This document shows positions 18,329 through 29,042 of a stretch of 64,000 nt of DNA, piece after piece. The notes below the pieces were generated by a model. That model was not told the DNA's origin. It searched no databases and was given only the letters and a program-made list of their open reading frames with translations. The translations under genes were made by a program, and so were the position numbers. This stretch comes from a virus (Duplodnaviria > Caudoviricetes): positions 26,284-90,283 of the IMG/VR virus record IMGVR_UViG_2885358051_000002; one strand, written 5' to 3'. Position 1 is the stretch's first letter; each line of letters begins with the position of its first letter.

Positions 18329-21300
18329 TCAACCCTTCCATCTACGGTCGCCCGAATTGCGCCGCATGAAGGCAGCACCCGATGCCGCCTCTTCCGTAAC
18401 GGAACCCCGCCCAAACTTATTCACATGAAGACCATTGCGTTGGATAAGCGTCATCATTGCCGCGAAACCATCGAGCGAAGCACGGAGAGACGCCACATCC
18501 TCGGAAGAAAGACCAACAGGATGCGTGTCAGTCGTCGCGGAGAAGTCCTGCACGTTGCCACTGTCGTAAGCACGATATGTCATACCTGAGCGATAGCGGT
18601 CGAACTTCACAATTTCCGCCATAAGGTCAGGCCGTGCCATCATCATGGCCGCTGTCGTCTCACGACCGATAACCATTTCCGGTCCACGTTCCGCCACAAG
18701 TGCCGGCTGTCCATTGATGAGTGTCGTGATAGGATCGCGGACAAGCCCAGTGGACAGTTCACCCCCATCCTTGGCCGCATACACATTACCATCGTTACCC
18801 ACGACCGGATAAGTTTTTCCATCCTCTACACCTCGGAAAGCCTGCACGTTACCACTATCATAAGTCAGCATACCCGTGACCAGTTTCACATTCGGCCCAG
18901 CATCCGAAGACTTGTCGCCGCCACCCCCAAAGAGCGAAGACACCTTGCTCATAGCGAATGATAGCAAGCCATTCAACAAGGCCGTGATGACCGCCACGAG
19001 CGGAATACCCCACCAACCGAGCGAACCAATGATTTTAGACGCGCCACTGGCGATACCCATCGTCGTGTTCGCCTGCGTCTTGGCCGATTCCGTCTGCACC
19101 TCCTGTTGCGTCTGCGTCTGCTGCACCTGCAAGGTCTCCTGACCTATCTCCTGCGTAGCCTGTTTGATATTACCCTGTACCTCCTCATTCAAGAACTCCT
19201 GAGCCTGGCCACCCACCTCTTGTGTTTCGGTGATTTGGTCCTGCTTATCCGCTTCGAGCGCGACCATTTTCTTAGTCGATTTCTTCATTGACACAGAAGT
19301 AAGACGGTCATTCATCTTCTGCATGATGCGCCGTTTAGCATACTCTTTAGTCATCTCGATGGTCTGCTTCATAAAGGCTTTAATCATTTCACGGGTTGCC
19401 TCCTTCATCGCCTCTTGTCCTGCATCCGCATCCTCCGTCATAGTCGCGAAAGCCTCTCCGATGGAAGACCCGAAATCCTCGACCGGAGTCGCCAACTGGT
19501 AGATGTCATTGATACGCTGCTTCATCTGTTCGGCCACAGAGCGAGCATACTCCATTTCAGACCTTAGTATAGCCTGTTCCGCATCGCGGAGCGTTTCTGC
19601 ATCCGCCTGGTGCGCAGCGAGGAAATCATAGTACGCCGCAGCAGCCTCCATCTTGAGCCGATAGGCATCAATTTCAGGGTCGTGCCCCATCGAGGATATG
19701 AATGATGCCGCACCATAAGTATCCTTTCGCGGAATACTCTCCCCATTCTCTTTGCGGGCTTGCACATCCGCAGAATACTGGCCAACACCGGACGACAGCA
19801 TCTCGGTGTAATTCTGCGCAGTCTCGTTTTCATGGAACTCCGGCCGTTTCATCCATTGCTCATCAAGAATCTTCTTCTGTCTCTCGCGCGACTTTTTAAG
19901 GGCTTCGGTATAAGAGTCCGAGTATTTAATAAGTTCGCGATAGAAAACGCGGAGTTCATCACCAGACAGATTAAGGACCTGCGTTAATTCCGTGTCGGAG
20001 TTCTTCCAGTCTTCACCGAAAAGGATTGTCATCAAGTCGTTCTTATCCTTAGCAGCAAAAAGATCCGTGATGTGAGTTCGAGCCGTCAGCAACACACGTT
20101 CGATTTCATTGGCACGGCGTTGCAATAAACGCTCCGCATCTTCACCCCCTGCGAGGAGAGTGTCGGCCTGTGCTTCTGACAAATCGAAGAAACCGAGTTT
20201 CTCCATAGACTGTGTATATTCATCATCCACCTTTGCTGTATAGTTATCATCCAAGAGACGGCTTTGCACCTCTCTACGTCGTCTCTGTTCTACGGTCTCA
20301 TTCGTCTTCTCATTGAGTGAGGCATTCTTCCATATCGCATCAATGGAAGCATTCCCGGGGATTTCAAGATTGGCCGACAAATTCATTATGAGATTCCGAA
20401 GTGCAACGGTATTGGACGCATTGATATTATCAAGCAACACCTTTGACTCATTGTAACCTACTTCATCAGCCTGTTCTATCATGTCCGTTTTCATTGTATC
20501 ACGGAACGATTCCCATGTATTTTCCACACCCGCGATGGATTTACGAGCCTGAGAGAGTGCAAGGTTCATACGGCCTTCCACCGCCCGTACAGCAGATTCC
20601 GTGAGAGCCGTGTCCCAATTCTGTTCGTTTGCCGTGCGGAGCACCTCTGTAATCTGCCTCTGATAGAAGTTTTTTATGTTATCAATGACGGCACGAGCCT
20701 GGTCCTGAGCATCTTTCAAGTCTCTTCTCCACTCCTGCTTTTGCCGCGCCGCTTCCTCCTTGGCACGTTTGAGCGCATCTTTGTCAGGAGCTTCATTGTC
20801 AAGAGTGCCAGGTTCTTCATTTTGAACAGAGACATCGGTAATCGTGTCCTCAAAAGGTTTCCATTTCTTATTGACACGATCCATAGCGTTATTGGCTGAC
20901 ACTATTTGCGAAACATAACGCATTGCACGATAAAGTTGCTGTTCTTTTGCTGTCAAGTTGCGAGTATTCGATTCCCTACTCATCATGCTCATTACAGCAG
21001 ACTCGCCATTATCTACAGCATAAGGAGCAACCGCACTATAATCTTCTTGCGATTTTTCGATGTCTGTCCATTTAGTTGGTACTGCACGAGAACGATTTTT
21101 AATGGCATCACTAATAATTTTAGCATCCACGTTCCATTTTTTACCAAGATCTTTTCCTATCTGTTCAATAGACTTACCGGCTTCCAAGGCATCTTCAACA
21201 TATCCCTTCAACCATTCTCCATTCTGACCCGGATTAGCTCTTTCATCATATTCAGAAAGTCTGTCAGCCGCCCATCCTATACGAGGAGTCACTTGTTTTT

Positions 21301-24112
21301 CTATATCCTTCTCGCGGAGTTGAAGTGCAATCTTCGCTTTCAACTGTTTGACAACCTCCTTATACGCATTAGCAATGTCTTCAGCTGTGGATTTCTCATT
21401 GAGAAGGTTCGTAAGGTAGCCACCAAACTCCTTGTTAAAATTATGTATAGCTGCCTTATGTTCATTAGAACCCTTCTTTGCATTTGTGATAGCATCTGTA
21501 TATCGCTTCAAGCGGTCTTCGGCAACAGCAAAATCACGGTTAAAATCAGACAGAGTAGGATTAAACCCACTCATCCATTCATCCATCTTCTGTCCTTTCT
21601 TCACCACATCATATATGGCCGACCCCAAAGCAACAACAGCGGTAATGACAAGACCTATCACGTTGGCTTTTTGAACTGTATTCAACGCTTTCCATGCTGC
21701 TACGAGTCCATTTGTCTGCAAGGTAGCAAGTACAGAAGCCTTACCCATCAATCCGATAGAAGTAGCCACTCCGGTAACAGCCGCTGCCACCCCTTTGAAC
21801 AGTAAACCAGAAAGAATAGCAGGAAGAAGATAGAGGATGGATTTCATTCCAACCGCTATCATTTCAAGCAATGATTTCAAGACCCAAAGAGCAAACTTGT
21901 TGGATGTCGTATGCTTGGAAAAATCATACCAAGCCCGTGCCATTTCCTTCACCATATCCACCCCTTCCGGATTGACAAAGGCTTTCTCCCAGATATTTCC
22001 GGCACGTTCCATCAATGCCTGAGCCGTCTCCTGCTGAATAGCATATTCCTTTGATACGGCCGTAGCTTCTTCAAAAGCCACCTTAGACGTATTCAAGTGT
22101 TCTTTTAGCATGTCCACATTCTTGCTCATTGTCACCATCACATTGACAAGACGGGCACCATCAGAACCGAGGTCTTTGAATACACCTTGCAGCGCGTTCA
22201 TGTTCCCCTTCTCTCTCATCTTCTCGAAGATAAGCACCATTGCATCAATGGCACGACCAGCAGAATAAAGTTCGTTTATGGTACCGGGTGCTATCTGCAA
22301 TTCATTTTCTATCAGATTGTGCTTGGTCTGTAAAGAAGAAATCAGTTTGTTGAATGCCGTAGAAGCCACCTCCGGCATCAAATACATAGAGTCGGCAGCA
22401 GAACCCAGCGCAAGGAGTTGGTCCGTGGTAATGCCCGCTGTGCGTGCCATACCCGTGAGACGCTTTGCGAACTCCACGATGTTGTTGGAAGTAGCCGTAG
22501 AAGTAGCTGACAGTTGGAACATGGAAGAACCCACGGCCAGCATGGACTTCTCCACACCCATCTTCGGGATAAGACCCATCACCTCCGTTATTTTAGAGAG
22601 AGCCGTAAGTGCATCCGCACCCAGGTCCTCCTTGAGAGCCACGTTCACCTGATTGGCAGCACGGACGAACTGTTCAAGACCTGCTGTGCCATACTTACCG
22701 ATACCCAATTTGGCACCGGCATACGCAATCTCATTCAACTCCTCAATCGTGGTACGAGTGTCGAGCTTAGAAAGAGACTGCGACAAATCATTGACATCCT
22801 TCATGGCCAGACCAGATACCTTGCGAATGTCAGCAAGCTGATCCGAGAATTTCAAGTTCAACCGGAACACGGCCGTAAGTTTCTGTTGAACCATGGAGAA
22901 TAATTGGAAGGCACCAAAGTATGCCGTCATGTTTCTGAGCGTTGTCTGCCATGCGGACGAATGTTTTTTCACCGAATCTGTAGAACGTTCAATTTCCGCA
23001 CGGACTTGTCTCAGTTGTTGTGTCTTTCTGCTATATTCCACCGTGTCCCGCTGGAGCGTTTTCATTTCCGTTTCCAGTTGCTTTGCCGCCTGCTGGAGCT
23101 TGTCAAGCGGTGTGGAACGAAGATTTTTCAGAACCTTGTTCACATCCACCGTTTCGCGATCCACACCATCCAAAGCCTCGCGAAGTGTCTTGGCAGACTG
23201 CACCAACTGGCTGCGCATCGGGTCGTTGATAGCCATATTCTTCAGCTGCTTGTTCACATTATCAAGAGCCGTCTCGATTTCCTTTGGGGTAAACCTTTTC
23301 GGATCCATGGCAATGTCTGACGCTTCCTGTGCTATCTGCTGTGTAGTTTTAGCCACCTCCTTGTTTTTGCCGGCGATAGCATCTAACTGTTCGTCCGCCT
23401 TTTTCAGTTCGTTGTTTACGTTCTTGATTTCCATCGCGGGGTCTGCCACTTGCACTCCACCCGTACCTATGGAGTCACGATAATTTGTCAGGTTCTGACG
23501 AGCTGCACGAAGAGAATCCGCGCTGGGCGTTCCTGAATTTATGGTAGCCACAGAACGATTACGCTGCTCCTGCGAAAGTTGAGAAAGCACATTCTGCTGG
23601 CGGATATATTCCGTAGTGCCCTGCTTCGTCTGTTGGAGCAAGGATTTCGTCTGTTGAATAGCCTTATTGAGCCATGCGTCTGAAGTAGAAGAGAGGTTTC
23701 CGATATGCTTACCAATGTTCAGCATCTCTCCCTGCAGCACTTTTATCTGGTCGGATATTGCCTTGTATTTCGCACGTAGGTCATCCAACTTCGGACTGTC
23801 TGTGCTCACCTTAGCCATCTCCTTTTTCACTTGACGCAGCGCACGGTTAAGTTGTGAAAGCGACGAGTTAGAGAGGTCATTCGTCACCTTCACAATACAA
23901 TCCATATTGTCCTTTCCCTCTTTGACAGCGACAGAGAGCTCCTTAATGTCGTGCGCCATTTTCTTGGCACGTTCGGTACCCGCCTTTCCGGAATCCACGA
24001 GCTGCTTGTAAGTGCCTTGAAGCCTTTTTAGTTCCGTTTCCATAGCCCGGACTGCGGCCACAGGCTGCTTGGTGTTACATGTAATGATGACTTCCTGTTT
24101 TTGAGTACTCAT
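18329..24112 (-). CDS. Tail tape measure protein (1927 aa)
   Basis: Long coiled coils, TP901-like core (FSDQLADIRKVSGL...), central hydrophobic A/G-rich segment. Confidence 0.92.
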   Translation of the reverse strand: MSTQKQEVIITCNTKQPVAAVRAMETELKRLQGTYKQLVDSGKAGTERAKKMAHDIKELSVAVKEGKDNMDCIVKVTNDLSNSSLSQLNRALRQVKKEMAKVSTDSPKLDDLRAKYKAISDQIKVLQGEMLNIGKHIGNLSSTSDAWLNKAIQQTKSLLQQTKQGTTEYIRQQNVLSQLSQEQRNRSVATINSGTPSADSLRAARQNLTNYRDSIGTGGVQVADPAMEIKNVNNELKKADEQLDAIAGKNKEVAKTTQQIAQEASDIAMDPKRFTPKEIETALDNVNKQLKNMAINDPMRSQLVQSAKTLREALDGVDRETVDVNKVLKNLRSTPLDKLQQAAKQLETEMKTLQRDTVEYSRKTQQLRQVRAEIERSTDSVKKHSSAWQTTLRNMTAYFGAFQLFSMVQQKLTAVFRLNLKFSDQLADIRKVSGLAMKDVNDLSQSLSKLDTRTTIEELNEIAYAGAKLGIGKYGTAGLEQFVRAANQVNVALKEDLGADALTALSKITEVMGLIPKMGVEKSMLAVGSSMFQLSATSTATSNNIVEFAKRLTGMARTAGITTDQLLALGSAADSMYLMPEVASTAFNKLISSLQTKHNLIENELQIAPGTINELYSAGRAIDAMVLIFEKMREKGNMNALQGVFKDLGSDGARLVNVMVTMSKNVDMLKEHLNTSKVAFEEATAVSKEYAIQQETAQALMERAGNIWEKAFVNPEGVDMVKEMARAWYDFSKHTTSNKFALWVLKSLLEMIAVGMKSILYLLPAILSGLLFKGVAAAVTGVATSIGLMGKASVLATLQTNGLVAAWKALNTVQKANVIGLVITAVVALGSAIYDVVKKGQKMDEWMSGFNPTLSDFNRDFAVAEDRLKRYTDAITNAKKGSNEHKAAIHNFNKEFGGYLTNLLNEKSTAEDIANAYKEVVKQLKAKIALQLREKDIEKQVTPRIGWAADRLSEYDERANPGQNGEWLKGYVEDALEAGKSIEQIGKDLGKKWNVDAKIISDAIKNRSRAVPTKWTDIEKSQEDYSAVAPYAVDNGESAVMSMMSRESNTRNLTAKEQQLYRAMRYVSQIVSANNAMDRVNKKWKPFEDTITDVSVQNEEPGTLDNEAPDKDALKRAKEEAARQKQEWRRDLKDAQDQARAVIDNIKNFYQRQITEVLRTANEQNWDTALTESAVRAVEGRMNLALSQARKSIAGVENTWESFRDTMKTDMIEQADEVGYNESKVLLDNINASNTVALRNLIMNLSANLEIPGNASIDAIWKNASLNEKTNETVEQRRRREVQSRLLDDNYTAKVDDEYTQSMEKLGFFDLSEAQADTLLAGGEDAERLLQRRANEIERVLLTARTHITDLFAAKDKNDLMTILFGEDWKNSDTELTQVLNLSGDELRVFYRELIKYSDSYTEALKKSRERQKKILDEQWMKRPEFHENETAQNYTEMLSSGVGQYSADVQARKENGESIPRKDTYGAASFISSMGHDPEIDAYRLKMEAAAAYYDFLAAHQADAETLRDAEQAILRSEMEYARSVAEQMKQRINDIYQLATPVEDFGSSIGEAFATMTEDADAGQEAMKEATREMIKAFMKQTIEMTKEYAKRRIMQKMNDRLTSVSMKKSTKKMVALEADKQDQITETQEVGGQAQEFLNEEVQGNIKQATQEIGQETLQVQQTQTQQEVQTESAKTQANTTMGIASGASKIIGSLGWWGIPLVAVITALLNGLLSFAMSKVSSLFGGGGDKSSDAGPNVKLVTGMLTYDSGNVQAFRGVEDGKTYPVVGNDGNVYAAKDGGELSTGLVRDPITTLINGQPALVAERGPEMVIGRETTAAMMMARPDLMAEIVKFDRYRSGMTYRAYDSGNVQDFSATTDTHPVGLSSEDVASLRASLDGFAAMMTLIQRNGLHVNKFGRGSVTEEAASGAAFMRRNSGDRRWKG

Positions 24113-24140
24113 ATTGGCAGAGTTTTATCAGAATTTGACA

Positions 24141-24177
24141 CAAAGATAGAACTCGGAGTATGCGAAAAGGGGACAAA
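24141..24177 (-). promoter_or_regulatory. Putative late promoter TTTGTCCC-N21-TATCTTTG
   Basis: Same 25-nt architecture, 29 bp upstream of the tape measure start. Confidence 0.72.
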
Positions 24178-24184
24178 CAGAAAG

Positions 24185-24205
24185 CCCCGGAAGAGGGCTC
24201 CGGGG
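24185..24205 (-). terminator. Intrinsic terminator after the tail protein gene
   Basis: CCCCGGA/TCCGGGG stem followed by a T-rich tract on the minus strand. Confidence 0.65.
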
Positions 24206-24235
24206 ACAATAGTCATAGAGAATAAACGATAAACA

Positions 24236-26770
24236 TTATACGGAAACTATATTTGTAATCTTCAAATCTCCATAGTTTACCGTAACGATGAAGTTAGCCA
24301 CCTTACCTGACGAACCCCAAGTAGGTGGGAGGTCAGCATTGGTAATGCGCAGGATTCGTGTGGGCACCGATGATGGCCAATGTGCCTTAACCCATCCGAG
24401 GTCAGACTGCTGTTCGGCCGGTGTACGAGAGTCCACCGCTTCCCCATAATTACCGATATATCGCTCCCAGGACCAATCTTTGTCTTTTAGAGAGTCCGTG
24501 ATGTCGTAGTTTCCGCAAAGAAGATGAGGATCGAGGTAGATATTCACATAACCCGGATATGCCGATGCAGAAGTGATACGCTGGCCCGATTCATTGTAAA
24601 AACGTATCTCAAGGTCTTGAAGACCATACACCATGTGCCATACGGAAGACAGCGGATGCGGTTCGTCGGCCACAGAAGATGGTGACACGAGATACCACTT
24701 GCAGCCCCCATAGGTAACGGTTGGATAAGTGCGAGAAGAGCGTTCATAATTCATTGCCGGGTCCCATTCACCCAAAAACACCTCCTGCGCATAGGCACGT
24801 GTCAGGACAAAAGAAGCGGAAGTGGTGTATGTCTCTGTTGAAGAATCCGTTTGCACGTCACGCGATGCCGCCACGATATAAAGCGCCCCATTCTCCGGAA
24901 TATCCGTGAAGAAAAACTCCAAAGCAGAAGGAATGCCATCGGGATATTTTGCGGCCATGACATCGTTCCACGCCTTATCAGCAACATCATCGCCAGACTG
25001 CCGTGTGATGGTAAGTTTATAGCCACCAGAAATGATGCTGCCCTCCACATCCTGCAAGACAAAATCCGCACGGAGATGTTCGTCTTCGGCTATGGTTCCA
25101 TCCGGCCGAGAAAGTCGGATGTCAATGCGGTCGGAGAAGCGAGTGAACTGGTCGAGAATACCATATATATGCGCATTTTTCGTGACGAACCCCTCTCCAT
25201 CAAATTCTTTGCGAGAGACAACCCCGTTGTCGTCGACCCGCAGCATGACAAATCCAGTAAGGTCGCCCCATCCTCCCATAAAAGTATGCTCCTCCCATTC
25301 CCAAGTATTGACCCCCTCGAAACGTGCTGTATAGGAAGTCGTATAGACAAAGAATTTCTGTCGTTCAGGATGGTCAGTTCCGAAGAATCCAGAAACGGAG
25401 AGTACCGCCCACTGCTGTGGAGAAGGCGAATAAGAACCATCGGAGAACTGTCGCGCCTGTACCGTTACCAAACCCGCAGTGAGGACTTTATCATCAGGAT
25501 GCGGGATGTAGTCCGCATCCTGCGCAATATAGGAAACCGTGTCATTCTCCGTGCGCTCCACCACATTGTCCACTGCAATGACCCGACAATAGATAGACTC
25601 GAACCCTGCGCGGGAGATATTACCCCGGCGGTCATCTGCATTAGCTGACGCATTTTTAGAGCCATCCATATTGTGCCAGAACCCACGAAGAATGTCGTGA
25701 ACCAGGAACTCACCCGGTTCCCCGTCATTCAAGTCAAGCACAAACTGGCAGGTGTGTGCCGAAGCATCTACGGCTATCACCTCCTTAACACGACCCTTAC
25801 CGGCCGAGTCCCAGCGTGTACCCGCCAACACTTCAATAGAGTTATATTTCAGCGTAGGAACGGATAGCGACTGCGAAAGTTCGAGGTTACGCGCGAAGAT
25901 AGTTCCATCCGGCAAAAAACGCATACCCTCGCGAGCACCGATCCCCACCTGGCCATCCTTCTCAAAATCGCCCACAGTAACCGTCTTCTTCAGTACCGTC
26001 TCTCCCTTAACCAAGATAGAGTTATTGAATGTGATTTTGCCGTTGGCCACATCATCGTGCGTCTTGGAGAGCCAATGATTCTCGGCATAGGCCGGCGTAA
26101 CGAGATGGTCGTCGGAGTCCTCTTTCGTACCATCCCCCGCCACCCCGTTGATGATATTACCATTAAGAACAAGCTGCTTTAAGGATGCCCATGTAACCGT
26201 CAGTTTCTCAAATGTCGCTTCCGCTATCGTCTTGATAAAGCGTACCATATCAGCAGAAGCCACATATTCCCACCATGTATCAGATCCACCTGCGGCGATG
26301 GACTCATCAGATGCCAGTTGTCCACTGTTGATGACCTGTTGCCAAGTGCGGTCCTGTACCACACCTCCCACTTCGGACGGAGAGATGATGCCCTGCGTAA
26401 AGATATAGTAATGCGTATTAGGCCCTACCTGCGTTCCGCTCTCATTGCATCCATAGATGTCAATCAGCTCAGAGGGAAACACCACCTGCGCATTAGCATC
26501 GGCATCCTCAGACTTCGGAATGGCAATGTACACATAACGGATAAGATTGTCGTGAAAAAACGTAGGCGATGCTACCAACGGCCATCTGCGGTAGTTGTGC
26601 GCATTGTCATATCCAAGTCCGGATATGCCACGCATATAGCACATGACCATGGAACCGGAAGAGCAGTTGGCATGGATGTAGTTGCGGTCTCCAGTAGCGT
26701 TAAGCTGTATGAAGATAGCATAATTGGAAAACCAATAGTCAGCAGGACGAGCGAGAGTCATATCAATCAA
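24236..26770 (-). CDS. Tail/baseplate structural protein (844 aa)
   Basis: Acidic, beta-rich, upstream of the tape measure; resembles Bacteroidales phage tail proteins. Confidence 0.7.
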   Translation of the reverse strand: MIDMTLARPADYWFSNYAIFIQLNATGDRNYIHANCSSGSMVMCYMRGISGLGYDNAHNYRRWPLVASPTFFHDNLIRYVYIAIPKSEDADANAQVVFPSELIDIYGCNESGTQVGPNTHYYIFTQGIISPSEVGGVVQDRTWQQVINSGQLASDESIAAGGSDTWWEYVASADMVRFIKTIAEATFEKLTVTWASLKQLVLNGNIINGVAGDGTKEDSDDHLVTPAYAENHWLSKTHDDVANGKITFNNSILVKGETVLKKTVTVGDFEKDGQVGIGAREGMRFLPDGTIFARNLELSQSLSVPTLKYNSIEVLAGTRWDSAGKGRVKEVIAVDASAHTCQFVLDLNDGEPGEFLVHDILRGFWHNMDGSKNASANADDRRGNISRAGFESIYCRVIAVDNVVERTENDTVSYIAQDADYIPHPDDKVLTAGLVTVQARQFSDGSYSPSPQQWAVLSVSGFFGTDHPERQKFFVYTTSYTARFEGVNTWEWEEHTFMGGWGDLTGFVMLRVDDNGVVSRKEFDGEGFVTKNAHIYGILDQFTRFSDRIDIRLSRPDGTIAEDEHLRADFVLQDVEGSIISGGYKLTITRQSGDDVADKAWNDVMAAKYPDGIPSALEFFFTDIPENGALYIVAASRDVQTDSSTETYTTSASFVLTRAYAQEVFLGEWDPAMNYERSSRTYPTVTYGGCKWYLVSPSSVADEPHPLSSVWHMVYGLQDLEIRFYNESGQRITSASAYPGYVNIYLDPHLLCGNYDITDSLKDKDWSWERYIGNYGEAVDSRTPAEQQSDLGWVKAHWPSSVPTRILRITNADLPPTWGSSGKVANFIVTVNYGDLKITNIVSV

Positions 26771-27800
26771 GTGAAGGCGTTACGAAGATGACAGATGACG
26801 GCCCGTTGTTCTCGAAGAGCGGAGCCGTTTCCGGCTTAGGCAATTCAGGTTCAACATACAATGGTGAAGACTTGAGCGCATCAAGAGCCACGGATGGGAG
26901 AGCAGACTGGTGAAGAGCAATATATTCAGTCAGTTTGTCGGTGATTGATACCGCCTCATTGTGTGCAACCGTGCGCCGGTCATTCTCCACACGAATAACC
27001 TTTGTACGTGCTTCGAGATAGCGAGAAGCAGCCTTGCGCAGGGTGTGGAGGACACGAGAAAGCAACGATTTCTCCGAGTTGGTGATGTCGGTCACGGAAC
27101 CTTGTGAGAACATCACTATAAAGTCCATGAAGTCTTCCCCTATGACCGGAGCCAACACATCCTCATGAATGAAGCGCAAATCAGGAAGCATGGAGATAAA
27201 TTTCTCACGAGAGTCGTAGATATTCAGATATTCCTGAAGGACTTTCGCCGATGGGATAACGAGAGAGCCAGCAAGATAGAAGAAGCGAGACTCCTGCCAC
27301 AGACGGACAATCTCCATCTGTTCTTCATCTGCATCATCGTCCTGCGCCCAGTCTTCAAGCAACACGAGAAGCCTATTAAGCGCAGCATGTGCCTCTTTGG
27401 TACATGTAGCCTTATACGCGACGACCGCCTCGCGATCCGCCTTCTGGTAATCATCTGCCACAGACATGTTGATGCCAGATCCATTGATGGAGATGGCCTG
27501 CATGTCGATGGCACGGGAGAGAGCATCGAATACCAGGATGCGCTGTGCTACCGTGAGGAGACGGGCGTATGGAGGGAGGTCAGTCCCGTCTGTGATTTGA
27601 TGAATATAAGTACCAATGCCAGAATCCGAATTGCGGAGATTGCGATAGTAATCCGTGAGCGAACGATGGAGAGACATCCCGAGCTTGTCTGACAGGAAAT
27701 CATGTTCAGAGGAATCGAAGAAGCCAGAAAAGACTTCAATATGGTCAATGGCGTTGGCCGGAGCGTAGAGCCTTAACTCTTCAACAGTAGATATAAGCAT
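26763..27800 (-). CDS. Probable head-tail/structural protein (DUF6712-like; start at MLIST)
   Basis: MLISTVEELRLY...SEHDFLSDKLG N-terminus; first gene after a late-type promoter. Confidence 0.6.
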   Translation of the reverse strand: MLISTVEELRLYAPANAIDHIEVFSGFFDSSEHDFLSDKLGMSLHRSLTDYYRNLRNSDSGIGTYIHQITDGTDLPPYARLLTVAQRILVFDALSRAIDMQAISINGSGINMSVADDYQKADREAVVAYKATCTKEAHAALNRLLVLLEDWAQDDDADEEQMEIVRLWQESRFFYLAGSLVIPSAKVLQEYLNIYDSREKFISMLPDLRFIHEDVLAPVIGEDFMDFIVMFSQGSVTDITNSEKSLLSRVLHTLRKAASRYLEARTKVIRVENDRRTVAHNEAVSITDKLTEYIALHQSALPSVALDALKSSPLYVEPELPKPETAPLFENNGPSSVIFVTPSLD

Positions 27801-27822
27801 GGGCGATGAAATTTTGTTTCCA

Positions 27823-27859
27823 CAAAGGTAAGAGGAAGAACGAAGAAAATGGGGACAAA
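27823..27859 (-). promoter_or_regulatory. Putative late promoter TTTGTCCC-N21-TACCTTTG
   Basis: Same 25-nt architecture. Confidence 0.72.
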
Positions 27860-27887
27860 ACAAAACCCGAAAAACAGAAAGACGGAT

Positions 27888-28096
27888 TCAAAAAAAGTAT
27901 TCAAAAAAGACTACCGTCTTCGGAAAATGAGCCAAAGATATAATATCCGATGCTGCCAAATACTCATAACGAGTATTCAGCGTGCAAGCTACTCCACCGT
28001 CCGCAGTATTGACAGGAACAATTTGCCCCCCCGAACAAACTTCGGAGAAGCGGAGGACGTGATGAAAAGTTTTAGGCAAGACGAATTACATTTCAT
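27888..28096 (-). CDS. MTase variable-region-like mini-module M8; G7 tract (28026-28032) needs +1 to join the coupled ATG frame
   Basis: MKCNSS...FVRGG|QIVPVNTADGGVACTLNTRYEYLAASDIISLAHFPKTVVFFEYFF; paralogous to M2; a TTG start at 28079 is an in-frame alternative. Confidence 0.6.
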
Positions 28097-28261
28097 GTTC
28101 TACAACTATATAGTGCATATTTCTATAAAATACTCCAGCAAGAAGTGTAGATGCTACCCCCCCATAGAACGCATATTATACAAATCCAGGAACTCTGCAT
28201 GATGTGTCGGAGTCCAACCCTTCTGTATGAGTTGTGTCAAGTTCTTATTATTCGCAGCCAT
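28086..28261 (-). CDS. Mini-module M7; G7 tract (28157-28163) gives ATG GGG GGG TAG, +1 restores the ORF
   Basis: MAANNKNLTQ...LDLYNMRSMGG|VASTLLAGVFYRNMHYIVVEHEM; 176 bp. Confidence 0.6.
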
Positions 28262-28429
28262 AATCATCATACTCTACCAATAAACACATAGGACATCTAT
28301 AGTCCGATGTACGTAAACAAGGACAAACAGGCTTCCACATAGGATGGTCAATCCCCCCCCCCCATGTCGCCATTCAAAGAAATGCCCCCAAATGTGCGGA
28401 GCACATTTATAGCCAGATACTATCATCAT
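28248..28429 (-). CDS. Mini-module M6; G11 tract (28353-28363) needs +1
   Basis: MMIVSGYKCAPHIWGHFFEWRHGGG|IDHPMWKPVCPCLRTSDYRCPMCLLVEYDDYGCE; 182 bp. Confidence 0.6.
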
Positions 28430-28588
28430 ATTCAATCAATATACCGGCATCCTGCATGTTGGCGCGGATGGTACGAGACAAGTTCCACAACGGACCACGG
28501 TTGAAATCCGGTGTACATTGACAATATACCCCCCCATTCGATATGGTAACGGAGTAGATGCCATCATTAAAGCAAACGTTCTATCCAT
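28407..28588 (-). CDS. Mini-module M5; G7 tract (28529-28535) needs +1
   Basis: ...RMGG|VYCQCTPDFNRGPLWNLSRTIRANMQDAGILIEYDDSIWL; 182 bp. Confidence 0.55.
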
Positions 28589-28776
28589 AAAAGGTTATCT
28601 TTTTGAACTGATGTAATTGTATTTGTAAACTTCTCGGAGCCCAATTCAATAACCTGATGAAAACGACGATCAGCATGAGCGCCGCGAAACGAAAGGTTGT
28701 CGAGATCACGATTGACAGAAGTTGCAATACGAACACCTGCAGAAGATTCTTCGGGGTATCGGTCATAGATATACAT
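28567..28776 (-). CDS. Mini-module M4 (TRD-like NTITSVQKDNL motif); frame stays open upstream through CACRGR without a start
   Basis: EKFTNTITSVQKDNLLWIE; the coupled ATG at 28855 is out of frame and there is no long G tract. Confidence 0.6.
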   Translation of the reverse strand: MYIYDRYPEESSAGVRIATSVNRDLDNLSFRGAHADRRFHQVIELGSEKFTNTITSVQKDNLLWIERLL

Positions 28777-28841
28777 ATTATCTTTACATCTGCCACGACA
28801 CGCACAAATGCAGACATAAGTAATACGTGCCGTTGGGGATT

Positions 28842-29042
28842 TTAATTAGTATCATACTCAACAAGAATAAGATTATCCTTCAAGACAGAAGTTATCGTGT
28901 TGGAGTACGAAGACAGGGAAGGAAGCAACTGCCGGTCAGAAAATCGACAAAAGCCCCCCCTATCACCATGTATGCGTCGCAAAAGACGAGCGTGTTCCGT
29001 GCGAACCGGAATAAGGACAGAAAAACACCTAACACAATCCAT
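28842..29042 (-). CDS. Mini-module M3, in frame across its G7 tract (28954-28960)
   Basis: ...HGDRGGF...SNTITSVLKDNLILVEYDTN; start overlaps the MTase stop. Confidence 0.7.
   Translation of the reverse strand: MDCVRCFSVLIPVRTEHARLLRRIHGDRGGFCRFSDRQLLPSLSSYSNTITSVLKDNLILVEYDTN

Noticed and set aside
17674-23483. Many plus-strand ORFs opposite the tape measure and neighbouring genes
   Set aside because: Antisense artefacts of long coding regions
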